From: Isurus oxyrinchus
Taxonomy: Eukaryota
Reading direction: 5' to 3'
DNA length: 64,000 nucleotides
Assembly (NCBI GenBank): GCA_026770705.1
Contig: JANJGN010000100.1
Coordinates: 992,001 to 1,056,000 of the forward strand
The translations under genes were made by a program, and so were the position numbers. Below the pieces are notes generated by a model, which was not told where the DNA came from, made no database searches, and saw only the letters and a program-made list of their open reading frames with translations. Positions within the stretch are counted from its first letter, which is position 1, and each line of letters opens with the position of its first letter. Below, in pieces: positions 53,285-64,000 of the stretch.

Positions 53285-53660
53285 TCATCAGTTGCTGGCG
53301 CCCCTAGCAAGGCCAGAATTTGTTGCTCATCCTTAATTGCCCTTGATATCTTCGCCTTTCTCGTAAAATGAGAGGGCAATAAAGAATCAACCTCGGTGTT
53401 GTGGATCTGGAGGCACATGTCGGCTCAGGGTGGCGGGTTTCGTTCCCTCGAAGGAAGTCATTAGCGAACCAGGAAGTATTTCATAACTATAGATCATAGC
53501 TTTAAAGTCGCCAGTGCCTGTGAATAGCTTTCAATGCCAGATTTTATTAATTGAATTCAAATTTCAACATCTATCATCAGGGTTTTGTATCCCATATCGA
53601 CACGATACTGGCCCGGGCCTCTTTTTTACTAGTGCAGGGGCATTTCCTAATCCCACTGCC
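53285..53660 (-). mobile_element. SINE (HE1-like)
   Basis: gctggcgcccctagcaaggccagaatttgttgctcatccttaattgcccttga is the reverse complement of the HE1/HER1 tail. Confidence 0.6.
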
Positions 53661-53874
53661 TCACCCTCAGCTTTGAGAGGTTCAGGACTTGAGTTCCTCC
53701 TGTTTAACGCCCAATTTCACTGTTGCAGGCGTCCATTTCCATTTTCGTTACATTTTAGAAAATAAAACGGTCATCAGAATTGCGCTGCTGTCCCGGAGAA
53801 TTTCAATTAGAGCCGTGTGAGATACCTTGAAAAAAACATTGGATTCTATCAAAGCATAAACAAGGGTCCGACAG

Positions 53875-53970
53875 CAGCTCAAAAAATCTGTTTGTTTAAT
53901 TTAGCGTAATAAATGTTAAAAAAATGCAAATCATGTCATCATCTCCATGGAGCTTGACAATGAATATAAA
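53875..53970 (+). promoter_or_regulatory. Proximal promoter of copy E (degraded)
   Basis: CAGCTC 53875-53880; TTAATT ~53896; TCATCATCTCCATGGAG 53936-53952; TATAAA 53965-53970. Confidence 0.6.
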
Positions 53971-54020
53971 TTTCACAATCTTTGAGTGAATACACAACGT
54001 GTTGAGAGATTCAGTCAGAA

Positions 54021-54090
54021 ATTCACGGATCAGCAAAAGGCCTGTTGTTTGCCATTTACTACCCTGTCCTTGCAGCTCTCGGCATTCCAG
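54021..54090 (+). pseudogene. GPR139-like GPCR copy E, exon 1 with lost start codon
   Basis: ATT (for ATG) CAC GGA TCA GCA AAA GGC... = (I)HGSAKGLLFAIYYPVLAALGIP + G|GTGAAG. Confidence 0.88.
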
Positions 54091-54461
54091 GTGAAGTATT
54101 GTCCTTGGGTTTTAGTGACAGGCATCATTGGTTATCCTTCATTACTGCTGTCAATTACTAGCGGCGTTGTTCCATGTTATCTCGACTCCTCAGCAGGATA
54201 TATTATCTCTTTGAACTGGAGAATTTCTCCATTTGAATTGCTGTAATTTTCCCTCTTTTCGAATATTATGTTTCCTGCTTGTTTCATCAGCATGAAATCT
54301 CAGTTTTAACGATATAATTTCTTGCCTTTACTGACATCAGTTGTTGTCATTTATGTTGTAACCGCTCAATTTTAACTGCGACGTTTATTTCCTTTACAGT
54401 TATAGATTTTTGTTTTCACATAATAGTATATTTTCCCCTAGTAAATACAATATTTACACTA

Positions 54462-55115
54462 TTCATTCCATCACTGGATGCGAGCGTGGCTGACCAGGTC
54501 AGCATTTATTGCCCATACGTAATTGCCCTTGACAAGGTGGTAGTGAGCTGCCTTCTTGACGTGCTACTGTCCGTGTGGTGTAGGTTCACCCACAATGCTG
54601 TTAGGGATGGATCTTGGCCCAGTGACAGTGAAGGAACGCTGATATAGTTCCAAGGCAAGGTGATGGGAGGCTTGGGGTGCGGGGGGCTGGATTTCACGTG
54701 ATGGTATTGTCATATATCTGCTGCCATTGCCCTTTTGATGGCACTTGTGGGTTTGGAAGGTGCTGTCTAACGAGACTTGTTGAGTTCCTGCTCTGCATCT
54801 TGTAGATGGTGCACAAACTGCTGCAACTGTGAGTCAGTGGTGGAGGGAGAGCATGTGTGCACGCAGGGTGCCAAACAAGCGTGCTGCTTTGTCCTGTGGT
54901 GTCAAGATTCCTGAGTGCTGTTGGAGCTACACTCATCCAGGCAAGTGGAGAATATTTTGTCATACTCTGGACTTGTGCCCTGTAGATTGTGGACAGGCCT
55001 TGTTAAGTCAGAGCATAAATTACTAGCCACAGGATTCTTAGCATCTGACCTTTCTACAAAGAGTATTATTATGACTGCACCAGGTTAATTTCTGGTCAAT
55101 GTAATCCCTCATGAT
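54462..55115 (-). mobile_element. HER1-like LINE 3' fragment in intron of copy E
   Basis: cagcatttattgcccatacgtaattgcccttgacaaggtggtagtgagctgccttcttga; antisense to 48050-48770. Confidence 0.8.
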
Positions 55116-55348
55116 GCCTATAGCATAAGCAGCACGATCATTCAGTTATTTATTGGCATTGTTTCTTTTGGTGAAATACCACATTGCTGGCGTTTTAAAT
55201 GTAGTATTAATGTGCAACTTCCACTGCTTCTGTTGCCAGCACCATAGGAAATAAATGTCATTGTGCAGTTCAGACTGTGACGTCTGTTCAGTAACGAATA
55301 TGTTGTCTGGTTCAGAATTTAGATCCTTTATGTTTTAACATTGTTAAA

Positions 55349-55412
55349 GTGTGTGTGTGTGTGTGTGTGGGGTGGGGTGGGGGGCGTGGGGGGCGCGGTG
55401 GGCGATGGGGGA
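55349..55412. repeat. (GT)n microsatellite plus G-rich tract
   Basis: (GT)10 followed by GGGG runs. Confidence 0.9.
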
Positions 55413-55789
55413 ATGGTCCACACTGTTATGATGTAAATGCAGCTTTATTAAATTCCTTTTATTCCTATCATGGATGAAGTACCCCAATGTTACCACTGCG
55501 TGAATGTGTCATTGATAATTTGGGTGTGGTATTGTGTTATTGACACTGATTGTGGCAGAAGTATTTTCTATAAAACGTTGATTGTTAACTGAGTACGGAA
55601 TAATACAACAGCCGCCGACTGAAAATCATTAATTGATTCATTAAAATGATTTAATTAAGTATCAAAATGCTTCAACAATTATGTTTAATGTAACAGGGAC
55701 TTGTTTAGGATTGCATTTTCCCCAAATTATAAGTGCACCCAAAACCTTCATGCCTGGAGTATTCCAAAGAATTACAAACATTACGTTGA

Positions 55790-58010
55790 GTGCAGACATT
55801 TCTTGTCATCTCCGTCATCCATGACCTTCCCGCTATTTGGAATCCCAGCCCTGTAGTTCAGATTCCTCAGACGTTGGAAACAGCCTCTCAGTGTCTACTA
55901 TCTCAAGGCCCTTTGGAACCATGCAGGTTTTAATGAGGCAACGCCCATTTTACTAAACTCCAGAGAATTTCGGCCCAGCCAGCCTCTGATCAGAGGACAG
56001 TGTCTCACCTCAGGCGTTAATCAAGTGAAACTTTGCTGTATTCCCGCCAATGCAAATATGGCGACAAGAACGCATACAACGTTTCAGCTGTGGTGACTCA
56101 AAGCCTCCTACAATTGTGCCAGGCATAGTTATTCTTGTACTGAACTACCCTTTCAAAAAAGGCCACATTAGGATTGCCTTCCAAGTGCCTTGCAATTTAA
56201 TGTATCTGCATGCTAACTTTATATGTTGCTTGTATAAGTGCACCCAAGTTTCTCTGAACATCAATATGTAGCAACGTCCATCCCTTAAAGCAATCCTGCT
56301 TTTCTATTCTTAAAAACCAGGTGAATAATCTCACATTTCCCCACTTTCTACCAGTTCTGCCGCATTGTTTTCCATTCACTGAGCTTATATAAATCTCCAA
56401 AACTCAGCCTCTCTTTGTCCTTCTTAAAAATTAAATTTGTACTAGCCCTGTATCTTCTGTAAACCTAGATACATCGACCCCTGTCTCTTCATGTAAGTCA
56501 TTAATACTGACTGCGAATAATCGAGGAGCAAACACTGGGCCTTCCATCAATCCATTTGACACAAACTGCTAATTTGACAATGTCTTAATTATGACTATTC
56601 TCTCTCCTTTCATGAATTTCAGTTTTATTCTTGCTAATTTGCAATCACCTGGGACTGATCGAGAATCTAGAGAATTTTGAAAAATAATAGGCAGCCCTAT
56701 CCACTTTCTCGGCAGTTATCTCTTCTAGAGCACAAGGATGGAGGACGTCAGGTCGTAGTGGTCTATCACGTTTTAATACCTTCAGTTTCTCGAAAAAATT
56801 TTTGTCAGTTAATAATAATTTTCTTAATTTCCCCATTTTACTTATCTTTCGAGAATGCCAATTTTGTCACCAACAGTGAAGGCAGTCATTAATTCATTGA
56901 TCATGGCTTATGCCATTTCCTCATTCTCCATAATAATTCCTACCGCCTAAGTTTTTTTCGACGGAATCAACGTTTGTGTCACCAAATCTTCTCCCCTTTA
57001 TATACCTGTAAAACTCTCACAATCTTATTTTTTTTTACATTCCTGGTCAGTTAACTCTTTTTAAAAATGTGCCTTAGCCTTTTTATCAACTTATGGTTGT
57101 TCATTTGCTGATATCGGAAACACTTCTAATCATCAAATTGCGACAACTCTTTGGGACATTACAATATTTTTCTCAGATCTCACATTATCCTTAATTGAGA
57201 GAGAAAGACACAGGTGCATATTTGATGCTAAGTTTTTATTTCTCAATGGAATTTATTCTTGCTGAACATTCTAAATTGTTTCTTGAAATGTTTCCAACTT
57301 TTTATTTAATGCCATAACTTTGAGTCTATTTACCCATTCAACATGAGCGAGTTCATCTCTCAAACGATATAATTATCATGATTTAAGTTTAACATTTGGT
57401 TTTGTAATTAGAGAATGTCACTTTCAAGGTTGACATGTAATTCACTTGTATTATACTGGCAAATTCTCTTTGAATCTTCTGTTATGTGGTAACTAATTGA
57501 CTCTGCATCATTACGCAATACTGGATATAATATAGCTTTATTTCCATGACATATTACTCCAGGAAACTGTCACAAATATATTTTGAGAACGCATCTTCAA
57601 GACCAACCTTGCCAATTCGATTGTTTCATTCTACATCAAGACTAATTATTGCGTCTCCATTGATACGATCTTCTCCAAAGTACCTTCTGTCCAAAGTATC
57701 AGGTCCGGCTCAAAGTCGAAGCTCATTAGTGTTTTCTAACTTTCCCCAGGTTGATTTTAGTTCACGATGATCTGAACAAAGCTCTGTCATCACTAGTGTG
57801 CAATGTCATTCCTTGCTCTCAGTGTTACCGATCCTTTTTTGCCATTCCCTCCGATGTTTGAAAGTGTTGTACACACTTGAATATTAATTCCTCAACATTG
57901 TTCAACGTGAAACATAGTTCCGTGAGGGCAATTAGATCAGATCCATTTATCTCTGTTTTTGCCACAAATCCATCAATTCTATTTGGTATGCTTTGCCTAT
58001 TCAGTTTAAG
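55790..58010 (-). mobile_element. Decayed CR1 LINE in intron of copy E
   Basis: Minus-strand fragments NRQSIPNRID...DLIALTE (endonuclease), EKLKVLKRDRPLRPDVLHP (RT), DVQRNLGALI. Confidence 0.75.
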
Positions 58011-58691
58011 AGTCTTGAAATGCATATCTTACCTGCATGGGCCTCGCTCAGAGCAACACAGCAATCCGAGCTATCTATCGGGAGAAGTGTGTGGAGGTAT
58101 GAGTGCGTTAATGAAAAAAAACACACTTCCACAAAGTCAGAGAGTACCATTTGTTCAGTCGCTCTTTTCTGTTTGAAAATATGTTGAACAAGTTGACGCC
58201 GAATTTTGTAAGAGTGAGAAATTTTACACTAGTTTATCGGATTAATGCAGTTTAGACCATCATATAATAATCCATTTTCAAATTAGCTGCTTTGTTGATT
58301 TGCTGCTAAGTAACCCCTAAATATAGTCTGCGGTATTTGCTGATGTGGTATTGTTCTTGTTTATTTGATTTATAGTATGTTCCTGTGGTGGTTTCGACTT
58401 GTTTTCGAGGTTTTTTTCTTATCCTTTACGTTTAACTTTATTATATTACGTTCTGGTGCGACGGACCTGTCTTATTTTGAACCAAATTGTTTGTTTTAAA
58501 CACAAAAACAAGTGCCCTCAGAGAAAAGGTTAGTTTTCTTTTCCAGTAACAAAGCTGGAAATTTTTCGCAGAACATGTCAGTTCAGGTGATTTTTCAGGG
58601 CATTGGCACAGGGATTTTTTTCATCCTACTCTCGCCCACACTAACAGTCATTTTATTTCCCCTCTGAGTCACTTGTCCCCCTCTGTTACAG

Positions 58692-59596
58692 CTAACTTAA
58701 CAGTGATTGCCATCTTATGTCGAGGAAGATGTGGCCTATCCAGATGCATCACCTGCAACCTGGTGTCTATGGTGGTGGCTGATCTCCTGCTCATTATCAG
58801 CACTGTATTATTGAACTGGATTGTTAGCATCTATTTCCCACTGAGTTTCCTGTCCATCACGCCAGTATTAATTTTTCGTTCTGTTGTAACCTATGCAGCA
58901 ATTGACAGTTCCTCTTGGTAAACGATGGCTTTCACCTTAGAATTGTGACCATTTGCTGCCAACAGTTAAAAATCAAACATTGCACTGAGAAAACAACGGC
59001 CTGGGTCATAATGATTGTGTGCGCGCTGAGTTGCATCAAAAATATTTCCCTCTTTTTTACACATGAACCGTTAACCATAATCAACAACGTCCCTTGGTTC
59101 TGCGGCATTAAATGAACATTCTATATCTCAACTGGATGGGTTACATTTCACTGGATTCATTGTATTTTAACGCGTTGCCTTCCTTTAATTCTGATTTTAC
59201 TGCTGAATGCTCTGACCGTCAAATATATTCTGTTGGCCAGTTGAGCCCGAAAGAGGCTTCGGACCCCGAGTCTTGGAGAGGGCCAGATTGACCCAGAGTT
59301 GGAAAACCGGCAAAAGTCCATTGCTTTACTCTTCGCCTTTTCAGGCAGTTTCATTATTTTATATTTATTGTTTTTTATAACCATCTTCTACGTCCGAGTT
59401 GCGAATATCACTTATTTCTCAGGTTCAAATTACAGTGAGTCTACATTCATTCTGGAGGAAAACGGATATATGCTTCAGCTCTTGAGTTGTTGCATAAACC
59501 CGTTCATTTATGCAGGGCCTCAGAACAAAAATCAGGGAGGAGTTAAAGAAAGGAGCGAAAAGCCCACTGTGTTTAATTGTTAATTTAGTTAAACGA
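58692..59596 (+). pseudogene. GPR139-like GPCR copy E, exon 2 (multiple stops and frameshifts)
   Basis: Acceptor gttacag at 58691; ANLTVIAILCRGRCGLSRCIT...ADLL; TAA 58919-58921; deletion removing DR of DRF; TGA 59113-59115 and 59242-59244; ENRQKSIALLF...CINPFIYAG; frameshift ~59530. Confidence 0.92.
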
Positions 59597-60391
59597 CGAA
59601 TACAGTTTGATCAAACATTAATTTAACATTGTAGTTCACCATATACCTTCGTTGTGTCCATGTCACACATGGACTTCCCTCCCGGCTACATCTTTACTCT
59701 TTTTGTGATCCTGAGCAAATGTGAGTGTGAGAATATTTAATAAACGCCGTGTCCATTCAATATTTTTGCCAGCTGTCAGTTAGTTTCCAGTTGTCTTCCC
59801 GGTTATACTCAGGCCTGGTGCATTCCTGTGAAACCGCAATCACCACTGAGCATTTCTGCTTTAATTTGGGAGACGTGGACTTTGACCTCTGTCTGTCAGT
59901 GGATGCCAAAGTTTAGCTATTTAATGAATTGACCCAACTCACCCTTCTAGGAACAGTTTGGATCTTAAGTGTCGGTTATGCTTTGAAGTTTGAACACCTA
60001 CTTTCCTCATGCATTGGTTCTCTTTCACTAGGCTGTGCCGCTGGGTGGAGCCGCCGCAGGTGCAGATCTTGGTGGTAGTAGCAAATATTCAAACGAGAAC
60101 TTTGAAGGCCGAAGTGGAGAAGGGTTCCAACAGTAGTTGAACATGGGTCAATCGGTCCGAAAAGTTCCACTAGGCTGTACCGCCCCTGTGTCAATGAACA
60201 TGTGATGGAGGATTTTTTGCATGATAAAGACAAATCACCATCCACTTAATCCGCTACTCTTTCCTTTGTGCAATTATTACAACAACAACAAATTAAAAGG
60301 GGCACAAAAACAAACAAAAAGATATCAGAAAAATAATGTATCGAATTAATTCATGTTATTAACTGTACTATCAAGCATTTACTTCCGGTGG

Positions 60392-60590
60392 TGAAAGAAA
60401 AATACTGCAGGTGCTGGTAATCTGAAACAAAAAAAAAATCTGGAAAATTTCAGCATGTCTGACAACATCTGTGGAGAGAATGACAGTCTTAACGCTTCGA
60501 GCTCTGAAGAAGAATAATACAGAATGGAAGCGTTAGCTCTGTCTTCTCCACAAATGCTGTCAGACCTGCTGAGATTTCCCAGCATTTTTT
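60392..60590. mobile_element. Penelope-like palindromic repeat
   Basis: tcagcatgtctgacaacatctgtggagag...taacgcttcg mirrored by gaagcgtta...ctccacaaatgctgtcagacctgctgag; centre has ctgaagaag. Confidence 0.65.
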
Positions 60591-62099
60591 GTACATACTT
60601 CTGGTGCTTTCACTTGCACGATCCTGAGGTTCCTATTATACAGCTGTTGACTAATTCTGGAAATTAATCTCCATCACATGGCCTGCAACACTTTGAAGCA
60701 TTAGGGCAAGAAAGTGCCAGCGCTGGAGAGTTTTTCGAACCATATGGCCAAAGCTTACTGCTTCGCTGAGGCTAGGCTTTACTTATTACATTTCATGTCT
60801 CAAATTACTCACACGCTCATTCACAAATCTGTATTTTCTGAATGGAGTGTGTCTAATTTGCATTGCCAGAATCAATATTAACTACTTACATTGTATTTCC
60901 ACACATGCTGCTCCAAATATAGACTGCTTAGGCAAATGTTGTTACAGTAGATTATTTCTGATTTTGCCTCATTCAAGGTTTGTCCGTGCACTCCCGTTCT
61001 TTTGTAAGGCTAAGCCTACAGAGCTTGACCTGAAGGAGTCGCATTAGTATATTGAAAAAAATCTTAATCTATGTCATTGTTCGAACTTCACTTTTAAATG
61101 AGAGCATCTTCAATTTGCGTTTGATTTCCTCCAAGTCAAACAAATCCATCCCTTTAATTATTCTCCTTACTCTCCTCTGTGTTCATTCAGTAGCTGCAAT
61201 CTGCTGTAACATGCAGAATATTGCACATTAATTTAAAATATATTGCATACATAACCCATAATCTGGCAGGAATATGTCATTATGTGGCTTTAATATTGAA
61301 CTTTGAATTAAACTCAATGTTTGATTCTTATAGTCATTGTTATGATAAATTCAATTTGTTGTCAATCCTAAAACAAAGATCCCATTTTCCAGGCACAGTG
61401 ACTTATTTTCCCTTTGCGTTCTAAGTCCCTTTTGGGATTTGTACACTTCACGGGAAACATTTTGCCTTTCTCTGCAGTGAATTTCATCTGGCGCTTGTCT
61501 GTCCAATTTCCAAGCCTTTTAATTCTCCTTTATCATGTTCAACATTACAGTAAATTATCTTTCTAAGATTTGCTTGTTTCATTTGAACTATAATTTTCTA
61601 TTCCCATCTGGGCACCAAGTTCGAGATTATTGATAGAGACATTAACCAACGCTGCCCAAAATGGATTTTTGTGAGACCTACTGGAAATACAGATAAGACT
61701 TCCTCCATTTATACACATGTATTTATGATATTGCTTCCATCGGCATTAGTTAATGTATCACCTAACAGTGGCGTCTGTACACTTGGATATACAACTCTCT
61801 ATTCCCTCACTCCAGACATGCATTTTATTGTTCAATTTGTTGTAGTTCGCTTCCATTTACTTCAGAAAGATGCATGTTTTATTCGTTTCAATGTTCATTT
61901 TTCTCAGGGCAACATACAATCTAGGGTCACGGCAGAAGAAAAGCTTTATAATTGTATAAATGCAATCATCGTCGTCTACTATATTTGTTGGTTGAAACAC
62001 ACTTTCGTTAATAACACTACAGTTATATGAATGATTGTAAAATACTGTCTACTAGGCAGTTATATGAATGACTGTATAAGATTGTCTACTAATCATTGA

Positions 62100-64000
62100 A
62101 ATATAATGTGCAAGAATAATTTGCTTATGTTTAGCTCAAATAACTATGTATATGGGCAGCGGCGGAGATAATAATAAAGAGAATACGAAGAGCCTGGTCA
62201 TGAAGATTGGGGGAGAAAATACCATTCAGAAGACAAAGAGTAACAATACAATTAAATGATAAAGAAGAATATTACAGTACAGGAATTATCGATTGGAACA
62301 AGTTCACTAAGAGATTGACAGGATAAAATCTCAGAAGCAGCTGCAAAATAGCAAGAACATGAAACAAGTATTTGGCTTCAGTGTTTGCCACCGAAAGAAA
62401 TGAGGTGAAAATAAGAGGAAACGATGCAATTACAAATCGTTTCGAACTTTGAAAATAAGAAGAAAGCTGCTAAATTTAAAACAAAAAACAAATACAAAGA
62501 GAACCAAACACCTGATGCAGTTGGACTCTCTGCGCAGTTTAAAACAATCTAGGAAAGAGATAGAACTAATGCAAATATTTAAAAAATCTTTGGAACAAAA
62601 AATGTGCAAGAGGGTTTCTTGATAGCTAATGTTATGTCTATATAAAAAAAATGACACACCATGTTAAGGACTACGGATCTGTCACTTTAACACATAACAG
62701 TGGGGAAAATTTTGAAAACATTACTAAACGAGAAAATGGTGAGGGGCGGGGAGTTGATCCGGGTAAGTGTAATGGAATAAGGGGAACATGTTACATTTAA
62801 TAAAAATAATAGATTTCAAAAGGCTTTATTGAACAAACTCATTGACGTATTTGAAGAGGAAACAACCAGAGTGGAGAAGTTTCTTAGATGTAATTTATCT
62901 AGATTTCCAAAAGGCCTTGTATCAGGCACTACATTATACACATTCAGAACTCGGAATGCCAGGGGACATTCCGGACAATAGATCTCTGGGTGGCTGTAAA
63001 GCAGAAGTTCCAGAGCATGTATAAGTCTTAGGTGTTGGGAAGAGGGTGCCTCAAGGATCTATGCTGGGGAAACAGTTGTTCCATCCTTTCCGTAATTGCA
63101 TATCAAAAGCACAATTTATAAAATTGATAACAATGAAAATTGGGGAGATTGTGATTACTGCGGATAGCTGCACTGAATGATAAAAAGGCATGGACAAAGG
63201 TGGATAGCAATGCATGTAATTGACAAGTTAATTTTAACACAGATAATTATGACGTCTTTCATTTTGCTAAGAAAATAATAAGGTGACACTTTTATTGGAA
63301 AATACTATGTAAACTCGTTTGGTAGCAGTCAAAATGTGTCTGTGGGTGCAAGTCAATAAGTCACCCTAAAGAGTGAAATGAACAAATGAAACCATAAGAA
63401 AAGAAAAGACTTTTTAGGAGCAATTTCAGCAGGAAGACAATTTCAAACTAGCAAACTTATGCAAAATCTGAAAGCAACCATTCTTATGACAGACTGGTGG
63501 TGCTATGTGCGCATCTGGTCACCATGTCATAAGGAGATGGACATGGTATGGAGAGCAGGCAAACGAAAATTTACAGGTTGATACCAGAAATGTCAATTAG
63601 AAAAAGATATGAAGAGCCTGGCTGTATTTATTTTCCTTTGAAGTGAATAAAAAAGACCGAGGGCTCTTTAGAATTTTGAAAGGCTTTAATGGACACCATG
63701 CAGAGAATATTTCTCAACTAAAATTTAAGGTAACGCATTTACGCAAACATATAATAATTCATACATGGATCAGAGAAAAAAAAAGCTTTGCTCAGTGAGT
63801 GGTGAAATTATGGGTCTGGTTACCACAGTATTTATAACCTAAATACAAACCAGAGGACTTCCATTCAAGACTGGCGTGAGGAGTTTGTTATTTGTTTCTC
63901 CGCTTCGTTAGTCTGTGAAATTGTCTTCTCCAGAGAGAAGTAGAGGCTGGATCATTGCATGTATTCAAGACGGAGTTAGACAGATTATTGATCGAAAAGG
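62100..64000 (+). mobile_element. Old CR1 LINE ORF2 (RT) remnant
   Basis: LDVIYLDFQKA at ~62880; gggtgcctcaaggatctatgctggg (GVPQGSMLG); 3' part ttcaagacggagttagacagatt. Confidence 0.8.

Overview
Repeat-rich, eukaryotic (intron-containing) vertebrate DNA. The LINE/SINE/Penelope repertoire and the receptor family point to a cartilaginous fish (shark/ray); this is inference. The window holds a tandem cluster of five paralogous two-exon class A GPCR genes of the GPR139/GPR142-like type: A-D on the minus strand, E inverted on the plus strand. Each has a 70-nt coding exon 1 (e.g. MHGTPKGLVFAIYYPVLAAIGIP), a phase-1 intron and a large exon 2. All five carry lesions; copy D is broken only by a 1-nt deletion in a short homopolymer. 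Every copy keeps the same compact promoter: an E-box, a TAATT site, a TAATTA-TCTCCCTGGAG homeodomain + O/E(EBF)-like composite, exactly 12 nt, a TATA-like box, and the ATG 54-57 nt further on. Every copy also has a 35-bp minisatellite upstream. This architecture resembles olfactory-receptor promoters and suggests an unrecognised, birth-and-death chemoreceptor (possibly amino-acid receptor) family; that is a hypothesis, not shown. The rest is CR1 LINEs (one near full length), HER1-like LINE/HE1-like SINE fragments, a decayed Gypsy (Gmr1-like) LTR element in tandem arrangement, Harbinger Myb remnants, Penelope-type repeats with hammerhead-like cores, and simple repeats. TE boundaries are read by eye and approximate.
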